Assembly (NCBI GenBank): GCA_036338695.1
Contig: JAYZBQ010000002.1
Location: forward strand, 1-27,123
Length of the DNA stretch: 27,123 nt
Reading direction: 5' to 3'
Source: Myxococcota bacterium
Lineage (GTDB): Bacteria > Myxococcota > UBA4151
Shown: positions 17,358 through 27,123 of the stretch, in pieces
Layout: each line of letters begins with the position of its first letter
Position numbering within the stretch: the first letter of the stretch is position 1
The notes under the pieces: generated by a model
What the model was told of the DNA's origin: nothing
Databases searched by the model: none
What the model saw: the letters and a program-made list of their open reading frames with translations, nothing else
Translations under genes and position numbers: made by a program

Positions 17358-17975
17358 CTACCCTTCGATAAAGAGCGCGGCGCGGGTCATGCGCAGGCAC
17401 TCGTCATGGAGACGTTGTTGGTTGAGGTCCGAGGCGCCGAGCAGCCCGCGCGCAGCCTCAGCGAGGGCAAAGGTGCTCAGCGCCAGCGCCGCGGTGTGGG
17501 CGACGTAGGCTTCTGGGTCGAGATCGGCGTGTACGACCCCGACCGTCTTGCCTTTGCTCAAGCTCGCAGTGAACCCGATCAGCCAGGGCGCCAGCGTGGC
17601 GGTGAGGCGCGCCGAGAGCCCCTCTGGGTTGTCGAGGATCTCGCGTACGATCAGCCGCGCTCGGTGCCGGTTAGCGCCGAAGTAATGCATGGTGGCGTCC
17701 ATCGTGAGCATGAAGCGGTCTTGGCCATCGGAGGAGCGCTGCAGGATCTGTGGGAGGACCTCGGCATAGCCGACAAATAAATCTTCGAGGACCGCCTGTC
17801 GCAGCGCGTCTTTGCTGGAGAAATGGTGCAGCAAGCTGGGCTTTTTGAGCCCGACCTCGTCGGCGATGCGTTGAAGACTTGTCCCCTCATAACCCCGCTC
17901 GGCGAGCATCTCGGTCGCCACGGCGATGATGCGCTGGCGCATCGGGACGCTGTTGCGGCTTGCGGCTTGAGTCAT
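17358..17975 (-). CDS. TetR/AcrR family transcriptional regulator
   Basis: N-terminal HTH: RQRIIAVATEMLAERGYEGTSLQRIADEVGLKKPSLLHHFSSKDAL; GGAG RBS upstream on the minus strand. Confidence 0.93.
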   Translation of the reverse strand: MTQAASRNSVPMRQRIIAVATEMLAERGYEGTSLQRIADEVGLKKPSLLHHFSSKDALRQAVLEDLFVGYAEVLPQILQRSSDGQDRFMLTMDATMHYFGANRHRARLIVREILDNPEGLSARLTATLAPWLIGFTASLSKGKTVGVVHADLDPEAYVAHTAALALSTFALAEAARGLLGASDLNQQRLHDECLRMTRAALFIEG

Positions 17976-18016
17976 TTTGCTTGATCTCCAAACCGTGGTT
18001 GGGCAGAGGTTACCTA

Positions 18017-18032
18017 CCTACCGATCGGTAGG
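18017..18032. promoter_or_regulatory. Perfect 16-bp palindrome, candidate TetR operator in the divergent promoter region
   Basis: CCTACCGATCGGTAGG equals its own reverse complement; it lies in the 104-bp gap between tetR and the FabG4-like gene. A degenerate core copy ACCAATCGGT is at 18045-18054. Operator function is inferred. Confidence 0.7.
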
Positions 18033-18079
18033 CAACCGTAAAACACCAATCGGTCGACGATTTCGCCGAGGAGTGAGCG

Positions 18080-19390
18080 ATGAAGAGCAACGATTATTTG
18101 GTGCGTTGGTGCAAGAAGCCGTGGTTCCGTAGTTTGGCTAAGAATCTCGGTATCCCGACGCCGCTTGAGTTGCGCCGCGCCCCGACCGCCTTCTCGGGCG
18201 CCGACTTCGCGGGCAAACGGGTGGAGGTCACCGGCGGGCGCTTTGCCAGCGGCGTTGAGGCTTGGCTGACAAGTCAGGGTGCGCAGGTCTGCGCCGAGGG
18301 TAAGCTCGACCTGGTGGTGCTCGACGCCACGGGGCTTGATTCAGCCGATGCGCTGCAGCTGTGTCACCGCTACCTCTCGCCGCGCATGCGCCGTCTCAGC
18401 AGCCACGGGCGTGTCATCGTCCTCGGGCTGCGCAGCGATGCCTGCGCCACGAGCGGTCAGGCGGCGGCTCAGGCTGGTTTGACGGGCTTTGTCAGGACTT
18501 TGGCGAAGGAGCTCGGGCGCAAGGCGTCTTACGCACATCTGCTGCAGCTGCCCGCTGAGGGCACGGCAGGGCTTGAGGCTGTACTGCACTTCTTTGCGTC
18601 GGATCACAGCGCCTTCGTGACCGGGCGCGTCGTCGAGCTGGTGGATGCGCCGGCGTCGTCGATGGCTGGATCGCTTGAGGGGCAGCGCGTCCTGGTGACG
18701 GGCGCCGGGCGAGGGATCGGCAAAGCCACCGCCGAGCGGCTCGCCCGCGAGGGAGCCTCCGTGATTCTGCTCGATCGCCCCGAGGATGAGGCGCTCGTTC
18801 AAGAGACCGCTAAAGCGCTCGGCGGCGAGGCTTTCGGGCTCGACATCGCCGCCGAGGATGCACCGGCTAAGCTGGTCGCAGAGCTCGCCGCACGCGGCGG
18901 GATCGACACCGTGGTCCACAACGCGGGGATCACGCGCGACAAGACGCTCGGTCGGATGAAGGATGAGCAGTGGGACCTCTGCCTCAACGTCAACCTCGCC
19001 GCCGTGATGCGGCTCAACGAGGCGCTGATCGAGGGACCCTTCGCTGGCGGCGGGAACCTCATTTTCCTCAGCTCCATCTCCGGGCTCTCCGGGAACGTGG
19101 GGCAGGCGAACTATTCGGCGGCGAAGGCTGGGTTAGCAGGCTTGGCCGCGGACCTCGGAGGGCGCGGGGTGGTTCGCTGTAACGCCGTTGCGCCCGGGTT
19201 TATCGAGACCCGGATGACCGCAGCGGTACCGTTTATGATTCGTGAGGGAGCGCGGCGTATGGCGGCTCTCAAGCAAGGCGGCCTGCCGGATGACGTGGGC
19301 GCCTTGGTGACCTTTTTGGCGAGCCCAGCGTCGGCCGCCGTCAATGGACAGACCATCCGCGTGTGCGGTGGTAACATGATTGGAGCGTAG
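18080..19390 (+). CDS. High-molecular-weight 3-oxoacyl-thioester reductase (FabG4-like two-domain SDR)
   Basis: About 200-aa N-terminal extra domain (LDATGL, GFVRTLAKE, SAFVTG) plus classical SDR (TGAGRGIG, NAGITRD, SSISG, NYSAAK, VAPGFIETRMT, VCGGNMIGA); GAGGAG RBS. Confidence 0.88.
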   Translation: MKSNDYLVRWCKKPWFRSLAKNLGIPTPLELRRAPTAFSGADFAGKRVEVTGGRFASGVEAWLTSQGAQVCAEGKLDLVVLDATGLDSADALQLCHRYLSPRMRRLSSHGRVIVLGLRSDACATSGQAAAQAGLTGFVRTLAKELGRKASYAHLLQLPAEGTAGLEAVLHFFASDHSAFVTGRVVELVDAPASSMAGSLEGQRVLVTGAGRGIGKATAERLAREGASVILLDRPEDEALVQETAKALGGEAFGLDIAAEDAPAKLVAELAARGGIDTVVHNAGITRDKTLGRMKDEQWDLCLNVNLAAVMRLNEALIEGPFAGGGNLIFLSSISGLSGNVGQANYSAAKAGLAGLAADLGGRGVVRCNAVAPGFIETRMTAAVPFMIREGARRMAALKQGGLPDDVGALVTFLASPASAAVNGQTIRVCGGNMIGA

Positions 19391-19393
19391 CGC

Positions 19394-20692
19394 ATGGCGA
19401 AACGTCGCGCAGTGATTGTTGGTGGTTCTCGGACCCCCTTTGCCCCGGTTTTCGGCCCGCTCAAGGACATGGACGCGATTGCGCTCGGCGCAGCTGCGGT
19501 CGATGGGCTCATCAAGAGCTCGGGGGTCGACGTCCAAGAGGTCGACGGCGTGGTCTGGGGCGGCGTCGTTCTGCCTCCGCTTGCGCCGAACGTGGCACGC
19601 GAGATCGTCATCGACCTCAACCTCCCGCCCACGGCGCAAGGTAAGACCGTGAGCCGGGCTTGCGCGAGCGGTCTGCAGGCGGTCACCGACGCGGTCGCCG
19701 CCATCGAGAATGGGGACGCCGATGTTTTGATCGCAGGCGGCGGCGACTCGAGCTCGAACGTGCCGCTGACCATGCCGAGTGAGGTGATGCGGGCTGTCGG
19801 ACCGTTCGGTCTGGGCAAAGCCGGGCTGTGGCCGACGCTCAAAAAGGTGCTCGGCTTGCTGCCGTTTCGATGGCTGCCCAAGCAGCCGGAGGTCGCCGAG
19901 CGCAGCACGGGCGAGACCATGGGTGTCTCGGCCGAGCATATGGCGAAGGTGAACGGGATCACTCGGCAGGCTCAGGATGAGCTCGCCGTGCGTTCACAAG
20001 CCACCGCAGCAGCCGCATGGGAAAGCGGTGCGCTGGCAGCCGAGGTTGCGCCGGTGACCACGCCGTCAGGCCGGGTCGTCGACAAGGACCTGATCATGCG
20101 CCCGGGTGTGACGTTGCAAAAGCTCAGCCGCCTCAAGCCCGCCTTTGATAAGACCTCGGGGAAGGGCACGCTGACCGCCGGGAACTCCTCGGCGCTGACC
20201 GACGGCGCCGCGGCGGTGCTGATCATGAGCGAAGAGAAAGCGAAAGCCTTGGGGATGACCCCGCTCGCGACGCTGAGGAGCTGGTCGTATGTGGGTGTGG
20301 ACCCAACCGATCAGCTGCTCATCGGTCCTGCGATTGCGATGCCTAAAGCGCTCAAGAAGGCGGGATTGACCATGGCCGAGATGGATCTGATCGACATCCA
20401 CGAGGCCTTCGCAGCGCAGGTGCTCAGCGTCACCAAGAAGCTCGCTGACGATGAGTGGTGCGGCGAGCAAGGCTGCTCGAGCAACTGCGCGGTCGATGAA
20501 GAGAAGCTCAACGTCCTAGGCGGCTCGATTGCGCTTGGGCACCCCTTCGCAGCGACAGGAGCTCGGATGGTCACGACCATGGCTCATGAGCTGCACCGAA
20601 GCGGTAAGGACTACGCCGTCCTCGGTATCTGCGCAGCCGGTGGGCTTGGCGCTGCAGCCGTGATGGAGCGCTACAAACCGGACGAGGACTGA
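19394..20692 (+). CDS. Acetyl-CoA C-acyltransferase (thiolase; FadI/FadA2-like, HEAF type)
   Basis: RTPF, SRACASG (Cys nucleophile), TMGVSAE, TAGNSSALTDGAAA, IHEAFAAQ, GGSIALGHPFAATG, ICAAGGLG. Confidence 0.93.
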   Translation: MAKRRAVIVGGSRTPFAPVFGPLKDMDAIALGAAAVDGLIKSSGVDVQEVDGVVWGGVVLPPLAPNVAREIVIDLNLPPTAQGKTVSRACASGLQAVTDAVAAIENGDADVLIAGGGDSSSNVPLTMPSEVMRAVGPFGLGKAGLWPTLKKVLGLLPFRWLPKQPEVAERSTGETMGVSAEHMAKVNGITRQAQDELAVRSQATAAAAWESGALAAEVAPVTTPSGRVVDKDLIMRPGVTLQKLSRLKPAFDKTSGKGTLTAGNSSALTDGAAAVLIMSEEKAKALGMTPLATLRSWSYVGVDPTDQLLIGPAIAMPKALKKAGLTMAEMDLIDIHEAFAAQVLSVTKKLADDEWCGEQGCSSNCAVDEEKLNVLGGSIALGHPFAATGARMVTTMAHELHRSGKDYAVLGICAAGGLGAAAVMERYKPDED

Positions 20693-20693
20693 G

Positions 20694-21425
20694 TTACTTT
20701 TTGCAGCCCTCGTTGAGCGTCTTCTTCTTGGGCGCCGTTCGGTCGCAGTTCTTCTCAGCCCAGGTGCGCAAGGTGATGACCAACTGGTCGGTGAGCGTTG
20801 CGCTTGCGCTGAGTTGATCGAACCCCGTGCCGAGGCGCGCTCTGCGGATCCGGCGGACGTCAGGAAACCGCATCTTGAGGACCGTCTTGAGGGTGCTTAC
20901 GGCGCTCGTGCTGGTGCGGTGGCGGACATCGGCGGTCAGCAGGATCGGCTGCGGGGTAAGCTCGGATAAGAGGGGTAGGACCGACCGCTTCCCCGCCTTG
21001 AGCACGGGGGACAGCCACACGATTCCTCGCACCTGGTCAGGCGTCGAGGCGGCATGCGCGACCGCCGCAACGCCGAGCTCTTGTGCGCTGATCAGGTAGA
21101 CTCGCTCCGGATCAACCGCTGGCTGTTTGAGCGCATAGCGCACGGCCTGAGCGATCCGCTCACGAGCGCGCGGCGCATCCAGGGGCAGCGCCAGCGCCAG
21201 GCGGTGGAAACCGCCGATTCCGAGGCCGTGATAGAGCCCTTCAATTGTGGCGGCCTTGTGTCGATCGCTTCGGATGAGCACCACCAGCGGGTGCAGGCCT
21301 TGGCGGACGAGATCTCCTTGTGTCGGCGCCGCTGAGTAGTGGACGACCTGTTCGCCGCCGCCGGCAACGGCGAGCGACTTTGAGGGGCCGAGGCTGGCCA
21401 GGAGAATCAGGGTCGAGATGCTCAT
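20694..21425 (-). CDS. Exported hypothetical protein with a degenerate alpha/beta-hydrolase-like fold
   Basis: Signal-like N-terminus ([16 protein letters not shown]); [34 protein letters not shown] and PILL recall dienelactone-hydrolase-like folds; fills the gap between the thiolase and LysM genes. Confidence 0.6.
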   Translation of the reverse strand: MSISTLILLASLGPSKSLAVAGGGEQVVHYSAAPTQGDLVRQGLHPLVVLIRSDRHKAATIEGLYHGLGIGGFHRLALALPLDAPRARERIAQAVRYALKQPAVDPERVYLISAQELGVAAVAHAASTPDQVRGIVWLSPVLKAGKRSVLPLLSELTPQPILLTADVRHRTSTSAVSTLKTVLKMRFPDVRRIRRARLGTGFDQLSASATLTDQLVITLRTWAEKNCDRTAPKKKTLNEGCKK

Positions 21426-21494
21426 AAACCTGAACAAACCAGAAATCCGAGCCGAAGCAAGGGGAGACTGAGTTTATCGCGTAGGGAGCGCTTT

Positions 21495-23246
<1,752 letters not shown>

Positions 23247-24551
23247 CTAGCGCCTCCAGCGCTCAGCCAGGCTGTGGAGCTCTCGACTCAAAGCTTGGTG
23301 ATCGAGCCCAAGGACTCTGCCTTGGCGCACGCGCTCCCGCCCTTGCACATAGACCGCTTGGACGGCTCGCTCGGTCATCGAGTGGACGATGTTTTTCGCC
23401 AGGTTGTGTACAGGCAGAAGGCTCATATCGTGGAGGTCAAGGACGCTAAAGTCGGCTGCGAACCCTGGCTTGAGCTCGCCGACCGGGAGCCCGAGCAGAC
23501 GCCCACCATGTGCGGTCCCGAGCGCAAACGCTGTCTCGGCGTCCATGGCGGCGCCGTCGAGGGCGTCCACCTTCTGCAGCAGCACGGCGGAGCGGCACTC
23601 GTCATAGACCGAGTGTCGGCTGTTGGTGCAGCCGCCGTCGGTCCCGAGCCCCACCGTCACGCCTCGCTCGAGGTAGCGACGAACCGGCGTGACGCCATCA
23701 CCGAGAAACATATTACTCGCAGGGCAGTGCGCAACCCGCGCCCCACGCTCAGCAACCGTGTCGATCTCTCGGTCGTCCAGCCAGATGGCGTGAACTAAGA
23801 CCGTGCGCTCATTCAACGCTCCGAGCTGGTCCAGGTGCTCGGCAGGGCCCACGCCCCACTGCTCGAGCGCCTCGTCTCGCTGATAAGACTCTTCGGCTAG
23901 GTGTGTATGGCACGGGCTGCCCCAATCGCTCGCCAGCGCCGCGCCGGCGCAGATCATGTCGGCGCTGGCACCGTGGAGGCTATGCGGCGCCGGTTGAACG
24001 CTGAGCAGTGGGTTGCTTGCGACCTCGTCGCGCAGATCTTGGGTCCTGCGGATGGCGACATCGATCGGCTCTCGAAACGAGGCGGGGGCGCCGTCCCAGT
24101 CATAAAGGGTGCGCGCCATGACGCAGCGGATGCCCAGCTCGTCGGCGGCGCGCAGCACCGCCCGATCATTCTCGAGTCCGTCGTCGTGCACATAGAAAAA
24201 GTCGCAGACGGTCGTCGTGCCGCTGCGCAGCATCTCACCAAAGGCGAGCAAGGCGCCCAGATAGATCAGGTCAGGCTTGAGGTCGGCGCCGTACTTGTAG
24301 AGGCCGCGCGCCCGCCACTCGAGGAAGGGGAGGTCGTCTCCAAGGCCGCGCAGGAGCGCCTGGAAGCTGTGGTTGTGGACGTTGACGCCACCTGGAATTA
24401 GCGCTGCGTTGGGGTGATCGACGAGGCGGTCGCCTGGTCTGGCTTGTGCGCTCACTTCGAGGATGACGCCATCGCTGCTGACCCGTAGGACGCCGCCGTC
24501 GTGATCGGCGCCGTGACCGTATATACGTGCCGCGCGGTGGGCTGTGATCAC
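23247..24551 (-). CDS. Metal-dependent amidohydrolase/deaminase (MtaD/SsnA-like; candidate formimidoylglutamate deiminase from context)
   Basis: PGGVNVHNHSFQ (HxH), EMLRSGTTT, APHSL, HTHLAEE, LVHAIW, AHCPASN, GLGTDG, PGFAADF. GTG start at 24551 overlaps the hutI stop (GTGA) and has AGGAG upstream. Confidence 0.8.
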   Translation of the reverse strand: MITAHRAARIYGHGADHDGGVLRVSSDGVILEVSAQARPGDRLVDHPNAALIPGGVNVHNHSFQALLRGLGDDLPFLEWRARGLYKYGADLKPDLIYLGALLAFGEMLRSGTTTVCDFFYVHDDGLENDRAVLRAADELGIRCVMARTLYDWDGAPASFREPIDVAIRRTQDLRDEVASNPLLSVQPAPHSLHGASADMICAGAALASDWGSPCHTHLAEESYQRDEALEQWGVGPAEHLDQLGALNERTVLVHAIWLDDREIDTVAERGARVAHCPASNMFLGDGVTPVRRYLERGVTVGLGTDGGCTNSRHSVYDECRSAVLLQKVDALDGAAMDAETAFALGTAHGGRLLGLPVGELKPGFAADFSVLDLHDMSLLPVHNLAKNIVHSMTERAVQAVYVQGRERVRQGRVLGLDHQALSRELHSLAERWRR

Positions 24552-25741
24552 GCGTTGTCTCCTACAAACTGAAGCCCGCGCTGCGGCGCGTGCAGCCGCT
24601 GAAACAGAGCGGCTGCGCTCGGGAAGGGGAGCCACCAGGGGCGCCCGCGCTCACCCGCACCCAGGCCGCCGAGTTCGCTGACGCCGAGCGCACGAGCCGG
24701 ATGGGTCGTAATCGCCGCAAGCGCTTCGTCCACGGTGAGCCCGAAGGCAGCGATAGCCAGACTCGCTGCGGTGATCAGATCATAGAGGTACGAGGAGCCT
24801 GGGTTGAGGTCCGTCGAGACGATGAACGGGACGCCTGCGGCGCGCAGGCGGTCGACGGGCGGTCGAGTGGCACAGCCGGTCTGGAGCCAGGCGCCTGGGA
24901 GTAAGTTCGCCATCGTCCCTGCAGCCGCCAGCGCCTCAATATCAGCCGCCGAGGCGAACTCGACATGCTCCGCTGAGGCGGCGCCGTAGCGAGCCGCCAA
25001 GCCGGTGGCGCCGGTGGCGCTGAGCTGATCGGCGTGGACGTGGATCCGCATGTTCCGCCGCTGCGCTGCGGCGAGCATGACCTCTGCCTCCTTGATGCCA
25101 AATGCGCCCGCTTCAACGAAGACATCAAACCCAAAGCCCAGCGACGCGGCCCGAGGGATCAGGTGCTCGGCGAACCCTTGCGCCACCGCCGCTGGGTCCG
25201 AGCCTTTGGGTGGCACGTGCGCAAGGAGGGTTGGGTAGACATCGATCGGCGCTAAACTTCGAAGGCGTTCGAGGAGCGTGATGAGGCGATCTTCGGCCTC
25301 GATGGTTAGACCATACCCGGTCTTGACCTCGACCGCGCGCACGCCGAGGTGCATGGCGTGCTGGACCCGCTGGAGCGCCGTGCGGATCAGCACCTCATCA
25401 TGCGCTGCGGCGGTTGCTTCAACGGTGGCGTGGATGCCGCCGCCGCGCGCCAGGCGCTGTTCATAGGACTCACCGAGTGAGCGGCTGTTGAACTCATCGC
25501 TGCGGTCGCCGCCAAAGAGCAGGTGCGTGTGCGCGTCCAAGGGCGCAGGGATGACGACGCCACCGCCGACGTCGCGGCGATGCTCGGCGGTTGGCGCTGA
25601 GCCCTGCCCGAGCGCCTCGACCACGCCGTCCTTCATCAGCAGCCAGGCGTCCGTAAGGGGCGCCTTCCCTGGCTGATGGTAGAGCGCCCCGATCCGCTCG
25701 ATGAGGAGAGCCCCGGAGTAGGGGATGTGCTCGGCGATCAC
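24548..25741 (-). CDS. hutI: Imidazolonepropionase
   Basis: [56 protein letters not shown] overlap with the hutU stop. Confidence 0.93.
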   Translation of the reverse strand: MIAEHIPYSGALLIERIGALYHQPGKAPLTDAWLLMKDGVVEALGQGSAPTAEHRRDVGGGVVIPAPLDAHTHLLFGGDRSDEFNSRSLGESYEQRLARGGGIHATVEATAAAHDEVLIRTALQRVQHAMHLGVRAVEVKTGYGLTIEAEDRLITLLERLRSLAPIDVYPTLLAHVPPKGSDPAAVAQGFAEHLIPRAASLGFGFDVFVEAGAFGIKEAEVMLAAAQRRNMRIHVHADQLSATGATGLAARYGAASAEHVEFASAADIEALAAAGTMANLLPGAWLQTGCATRPPVDRLRAAGVPFIVSTDLNPGSSYLYDLITAASLAIAAFGLTVDEALAAITTHPARALGVSELGGLGAGERGRPWWLPFPSAAALFQRLHAPQRGLQFVGDNA

Positions 25742-27123
25742 GGGTCGAGCATCGGGATCTGGACGCCGCGCTCACGCGCCGTTTCTTTCGCCTTGTCGTA
25801 GCCAGCATCGACGTGTCGAGCGACGCCCATTCCTGGGTCCGAGGTCAAGACCCGGTCGAGCCGCTCGGCGGCTGCGTGGGTGCCATCGGCGACGATGACC
25901 ATCCCCGAGTGCAAGCTGTAGCCGATGCCGACGCCGCCGCCGTTGTGGACGGAGACCCAGCTCGCCCCGTTCACCGCGTTGATCATGGCGTTGAGGATCG
26001 GCCAGTCAGCGACCGCGTCGGAGCCGTCCTTCATCGCCTCGGTCTCACGGTTTGGGCTCGCCACGGAGCCGCAGTCCAGGTGATCCCGACCGATCACGAT
26101 CGGCGCCTTGACCTTGCCCGTCCGGACCAGCTCGTTGAACAAGAGCCCGGCGCGCCGTCGCTCGCCATAGCTCAGCCAACAGATGCGGGCAGGGAGCCCT
26201 TGGAACTGGATCTTTTCACCCGCCATTTTAAGCCAGCGGATCATGTGCGTCTTCTCGGGAAAGAGGTCCATCAGCGCCTGATCCGTGACGCGGATATCAT
26301 CTGGGTCACCGCTGAGGGCTACCCAGCGGAAGGGACCCGAGCCCTCACAAAAGAGCGGGCGGATATAAGCCGGAACAAAACCCGGGTAGTCAAAGGCGTT
26401 GCTGACGCCGGCTTCTTGAGCGCGGGCTCTGAGGTTGTTCCCGTAGTCAAACACGTGCCGACCCTGGCTCATGAAGGCGAGCAGACCGCGTACATGCGCC
26501 GCCATACTCTCGCCGACCGCCTCGAGGTACGCCGGCTTGTCGGACCCCCTCAGCGCCTCGGCCTCCGCCAGGCTCATACCGGCCGGGATGTAGCCGACCA
26601 GCGGATCATGCGCCGAGGTCTGGTCGCTCACCAGCTCAGCCTCCAGCTGACGCTCAGCGAGGAGGGGGAGGAGCTCGGCGGCGTTGCCGAGGAGCCCGAC
26701 GCTCAGCGGCGTCTCGGTCAGCTTGGCGTCCATCACCCACTTGATCGCTTCGTCAACGTCCGCCGTCCATCGGTCGAGGTAGCGGTGTTCGATGCGGCGC
26801 TCGATGCGGCTTTGGTCGATCTCGATGGCGAGGCACACCCCGCCGAGCATCGTCGCCGCCAGCGGCTGTGCACCGCCCATACCGCCCAAACCCGCCGTCA
26901 GGAAGAGCTTGCCCGCCAGGCTGCCGTCCGTGCCGAAGTGCTGCCGCGCCGCTTCTGCGAGGGTCTCATAGGTCCCCTGAAGGATGCCTTGGGTGCCGAT
27001 GTAGATCCACGAGCCTGCTGTCATCTGCCCGTACATCATGAGCCCCTTGGCATCGAGCTCATCAAAGTGCTCCCAGGTCGCCCATTGCCCCACCAGGTTG
27101 CTGTTGGCGAGCAGCACCCGAGG
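25738..27123 (-). CDS. hutU: Urocanate hydratase, 5'-truncated by the window edge
   Basis: [100 protein letters not shown]; frame is open to the end of the window. Confidence 0.98.
   Translation of the reverse strand, partial: PRVLLANSNLVGQWATWEHFDELDAKGLMMYGQMTAGSWIYIGTQGILQGTYETLAEAARQHFGTDGSLAGKLFLTAGLGGMGGAQPLAATMLGGVCLAIEIDQSRIERRIEHRYLDRWTADVDEAIKWVMDAKLTETPLSVGLLGNAAELLPLLAERQLEAELVSDQTSAHDPLVGYIPAGMSLAEAEALRGSDKPAYLEAVGESMAAHVRGLLAFMSQGRHVFDYGNNLRARAQEAGVSNAFDYPGFVPAYIRPLFCEGSGPFRWVALSGDPDDIRVTDQALMDLFPEKTHMIRWLKMAGEKIQFQGLPARICWLSYGERRRAGLLFNELVRTGKVKAPIVIGRDHLDCGSVASPNRETEAMKDGSDAVADWPILNAMINAVNGASWVSVHNGGGVGIGYSLHSGMVIVADGTHAAAERLDRVLTSDPGMGVARHVDAGYDKAKETARERGVQIPMLDP

Noticed and set aside
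24552..24635. ORF-track N-terminal extensions (24635, also 17400, 14065, 4406)
   Set aside because: They overlap upstream genes; downstream starts with an RBS, a stop/start overlap or a short gap after the upstream stop fit better.

Overview
GC-rich, densely coded bacterial chromosomal segment. The Cys-rich CGDG...CDDGN repeats and the gene content suggest Myxococcota or a related deltaproteobacterium (inference). I found no mobile elements, CRISPR arrays or RNA genes. Left to right: (1) a translationally coupled three-gene operon resembling the eukaryotic peroxisomal ether-lipid pathway: alkyl-DHAP synthase (AGPS, cut by the window edge), a fatty acyl-CoA reductase::glycerolipid acyltransferase fusion, and an extended SDR; (2) a Cys-rich/RCC1-repeat lipoprotein; (3) carA without adjacent carB, a polyprenyl synthase, an Omp85 protein and a Ca/Na antiporter; (4) sodN-sodX (nickel SOD) and rnhA; (5) a divergent fatty-acyl-CoA cluster (MaoC hydratase, acyl-CoA dehydrogenase, TetR | FabG4-like reductase, thiolase) with a perfect 16-bp palindrome between the arms; (6) a degenerate alpha/beta-hydrolase-like exported protein divergent from a TsaP-like LysM protein carrying a 29-unit Asp/Glu tandem repeat; (7) hutU-hutI plus an atypical amidohydrolase. 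The most notable items are the ether-lipid operon with the FAR-acyltransferase fusion and the polyacidic LysM protein. All family assignments come from motif recognition only; no database searches were run.
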